A stretch of 63,285 nucleotides of DNA, filler included, from Basidioascus undulatus (lineage: Eukaryota): NCBI GenBank assembly GCA_000826855.1. It is 17 parts of 17 records of this genome, joined end to end, with 100 filler letters (N's around TTAATTAATTAA, not from the genome) between each part and the next. Parts side by side here need not be neighbours in the genome. Positions count along the whole stretch, not along the records: positions 60,886 to 63,285 come from JTLS01002783.1; 16 more parts are not named here. The stretch is one strand, 5' to 3'. Position numbers and translations under genes: made by a program. Every line of letters starts with the position of its first letter. The first letter of the stretch is position 1. The notes below the pieces were generated by a model that was given only the letters and a program-made list of their open reading frames with translations, was not told where the DNA came from and made no database searches. This document shows, one piece after another, positions 60,786-63,285 of this stretch.

Positions 60786-61325
60786 NNNNNNNNNNNNNNN
60801 NNNNNNNNNNNNNNNNNNNNNNNNNNNNNTTAATTAATTAANNNNNNNNNNNNNNNNNNNNNNNNNNNNNNNNNNNNNNNNNNNNTAGCTCATCTGGGAG
60901 AGCGTCAGATTGAAGTCCTGAAGGTACCGTGTTCAATCCACGGAAGAACCATTTTTTTCGCCCAGCGGCACACAATTATTGCTTCCTTTTTTTTTAACCT
61001 TTTGGTAGGCACGGAGGCCGGTACAACCTGGGCCTCCTGGACTTTCCATTACTGGACCACGAGGCTTAAGCACCTGGTGAATACTTTCTTCTTCCAACCC
61101 CACTGACAGCCGACAGCGTCATCCCAGCGCTCTGGGATACTGCTGCAGCTCGTCAACTTGGTTCCACAGAGTAAATAGAGTAAACATAACAAGGATACAT
61201 TGTCATTCGACATCCCTCGTCGAGCAGTGAAGCGTGCAACGGTCGTGATATAGTCTCTGGCAGTCATCATTGAACGAGGTGCATTCCCCTTCTGCATACG
61301 CGCGAATGTGTCGCTCTTATGACTG

Positions 61326-62194
61326 GTGTCGACCTTGACGCGATCAATTCATTCCGCTCACTTGCGTTTGGCCCGTGTCTTCCCCTTTAAAAGCCGGCTC
61401 GCGACGCTGTCCTTCAAACACGCTCCCCTCGCACGGGCAACATGTCGAGCTCTGGCTGCAAACAACACCTGCAGTCTAACAGACATGTCAATGGAACTCA
61501 ACGCGCTCTTCGACGCGGGGGTCCAGACTCTTGCCGCCATTGGTATCTTCGGCAAACTCCGCCGGCTCTCCATCGAGCTTACTTACTCGCCGCTGCAACA
61601 GACCTCTGACACGTCACCCGCCCCTTTCAAGCTCCTGAAATTAAGCAGCTTACATTTCTGGGACGAGAGCTTTATAGGCTACGATGATCTTCTCCGGTGC
61701 TTAGCCGATGGCCGCTTCCCGGAACTTGCCGAAGTCACTCCACGGACGCCGGAGTGTTCAGCGTCTGCGCTCAGACGTTTCTTCGGTGCTCACGGCTCGC
61801 AACTGTGGTATCTTAACGGCCCGCATAAAGATGATGATGACATGATGCTGGGTATCCTCTCTATGTGTTCCAAGCTCGAGACGTTCGACACTTCAATCAA
61901 CTCATCCAGAATCATAATCCCTCTGCTCGCTTCTCTCCCGGCCTCGACCGACACACTTATTTTCGAGTCGGGGCAGCGGCATCTGCTCAGGAGGCCGGAC
62001 AAGCTATTCTCTACGATCTAGATTTGTATTCATAGGGGTACGTGACCTTGGGGTACTATGAACCTATACGGTTGGACGAGGACGAATCGCTTGAGGAGCC
62101 TGAAGGGGAACTGCCTGCTGGGGCACAACAATCACTCTATGATCGGTTGTCTGCCAGTGGCATAGCGGTATCTTTCGAAGGAGACTGGTCTTGA
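61326..62194 (+). CDS. F-box/LRR (RNI-like) type protein, C-terminal part; may be degenerate
   Basis: 231-aa ORF with LxxLxL repeats (LRRLSIELTY, LKLSSLHFW, FPELAEV, CSKLETFD) and lower GC than the neighbouring genes. Boundaries uncertain. Confidence 0.45.
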
Positions 62195-63285
62195 TGCCTC
62201 AGCAATGGAAGAATGAACATACTTTGACATGATGTGCCTATTCCGCCATATCTCGGTATCTGAACATCATCGATTGGTGTACGTGCCAACTCGAATGAAC
62301 CAGCCAAAGGGGTCAACACGACACGCTCAGTAGGCACACTTCAGTCGAGCGAAAAGAACAACGTTGAAACAGCCTTGAGCTCTGCCTTCCAATCACCTCG
62401 CTTTCAAATGAGAATCCTCGCCAAAGTGCCTGCAGTGATCAGCCCCACGACGCCAACGGCGTCCAACCATCCACTCGCCTCGAGGACCTGCTCGACTCCG
62501 TTTGAGAAGTGCGGTCTGAATATCCTGCGCCCCAAACAGAACATGCAGATGTACCTGATTATCTATGAAACTACCGCTTCTCTCTTGGTCAACGGCCCAC
62601 AGCACCAGAATGTTTGAAGGCGATGCGCCCGCGAGAAGGCGCATTCGTGATCCATAATTTGTGAAGAGCGTGCGGGGGTAAAGGTGGGTACAGGGGATAA
62701 GAGCATACCATTGTCCATATTAAGTAGAATTTATAGTTTGTGAAAGGCTGGGGGACTCTATATGACCACGAATGGAGGTCAGCAGCTTCCCGGTAAGAGC
62801 AGCGAAGGAGCATCCGGAGCCTCAAGCCTAGGGGGCTGTAAGAGGGCCCACCCCTGACGGAGTTCTGTGGGTAGGAAGAAATAACATAGAATTTTATTTG
62901 TTGAGCTTGAAGGTCGCTAACTTCGTTCGAGCTATCAGTAGTGGGCAATCCAATCTCCTGGGCTGGATGCACGTCTGTCAGCCAGACGCAGGGCGTGTTG
63001 TGCACCGCTCGTCGTCTTCACTGCATTGTAAGTGAAGTTCTCATTTATGACCTTTCTTTAACACCTTTTTTTTTTTTTGGTAAAATGTTCCCAGAAGGGA
63101 AATATGACACTGGGCCTGCTCCAAAGCGCTCACGCGTGTCTGTTCACCTCGGGACTGCTCAGTGCGCACTCGCCGCAATGACCCACGCACTGCGCTCCTT
63201 TACCTGTTCCCCATCCTCTCTGGCCTTTTGGCTTAGATCAAGTGTAGTATCTGTTCTTTCAAGTTTGACAACTTGAACGAGGTCC

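Noticed and set aside
2434..60885. Regularly spaced TTAATTAATTAA as a CRISPR-like or biological repeat
   Set aside because: Always centred in an exact 100-bp N spacer; it is an artificial six-frame stop linker.
25632..63285. A functional cluster among the short-contig genes (e.g. LSM1 + ERI1 + NST1, or OTU + PPPDE)
   Set aside because: The genes sit on separate, size-sorted contigs, so their co-occurrence is accidental.
1..63285. rRNA, tRNA, CRISPR arrays or bacterial operons
   Set aside because: None recognised; the identified host genes have spliceosomal introns and fungal-type sequence.

Overview
Eukaryotic DNA from a GC-rich, intron-dense fungus, almost certainly a basidiomycete (short introns, GTGCGT/GTTCGT/GTGAGT donors, CTGAC-type branch points). 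The window is not one locus. It is 17 contigs joined by an artificial 100-bp spacer (44 N + TTAATTAATTAA + 44 N). Sixteen are ~2.4 kb in descending size order and one is ~23 kb, so adjacency across spacers means nothing. The long contig (2534-25531) holds a nest of decayed, CpG-hypermutated Ty3/gypsy retrotransposons with a Tf1-type self-priming site and a -1 frameshift pseudoknot. An Msb2-type signalling mucin, a GMPPA-like GDP-mannose pyrophosphorylase and a Hos3-type HDAC follow. The short contigs carry whole or partial genes: fatty-acid elongase, LSM1, BOS1, ELP2, OTU deubiquitinase next to a Usp-domain gene, ERI1, ADA3-like, DUF4336, 3-hydroxyisobutyrate dehydrogenase, White collar-1, PPPDE-thioredoxin, NST1, RPS12, a Pil1-like BAR protein, hexokinase, a TRFH-like protein and an F-box/LRR-like protein. 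The best candidates for new biology are a possible OTU-Usp fusion (one base short of in-frame), a PPPDE-thioredoxin lacking both catalytic sites, and a TRFH-like protein with an internal repeat. All calls come from manual motif recognition, and assembly errors or chimeras are a real caveat.
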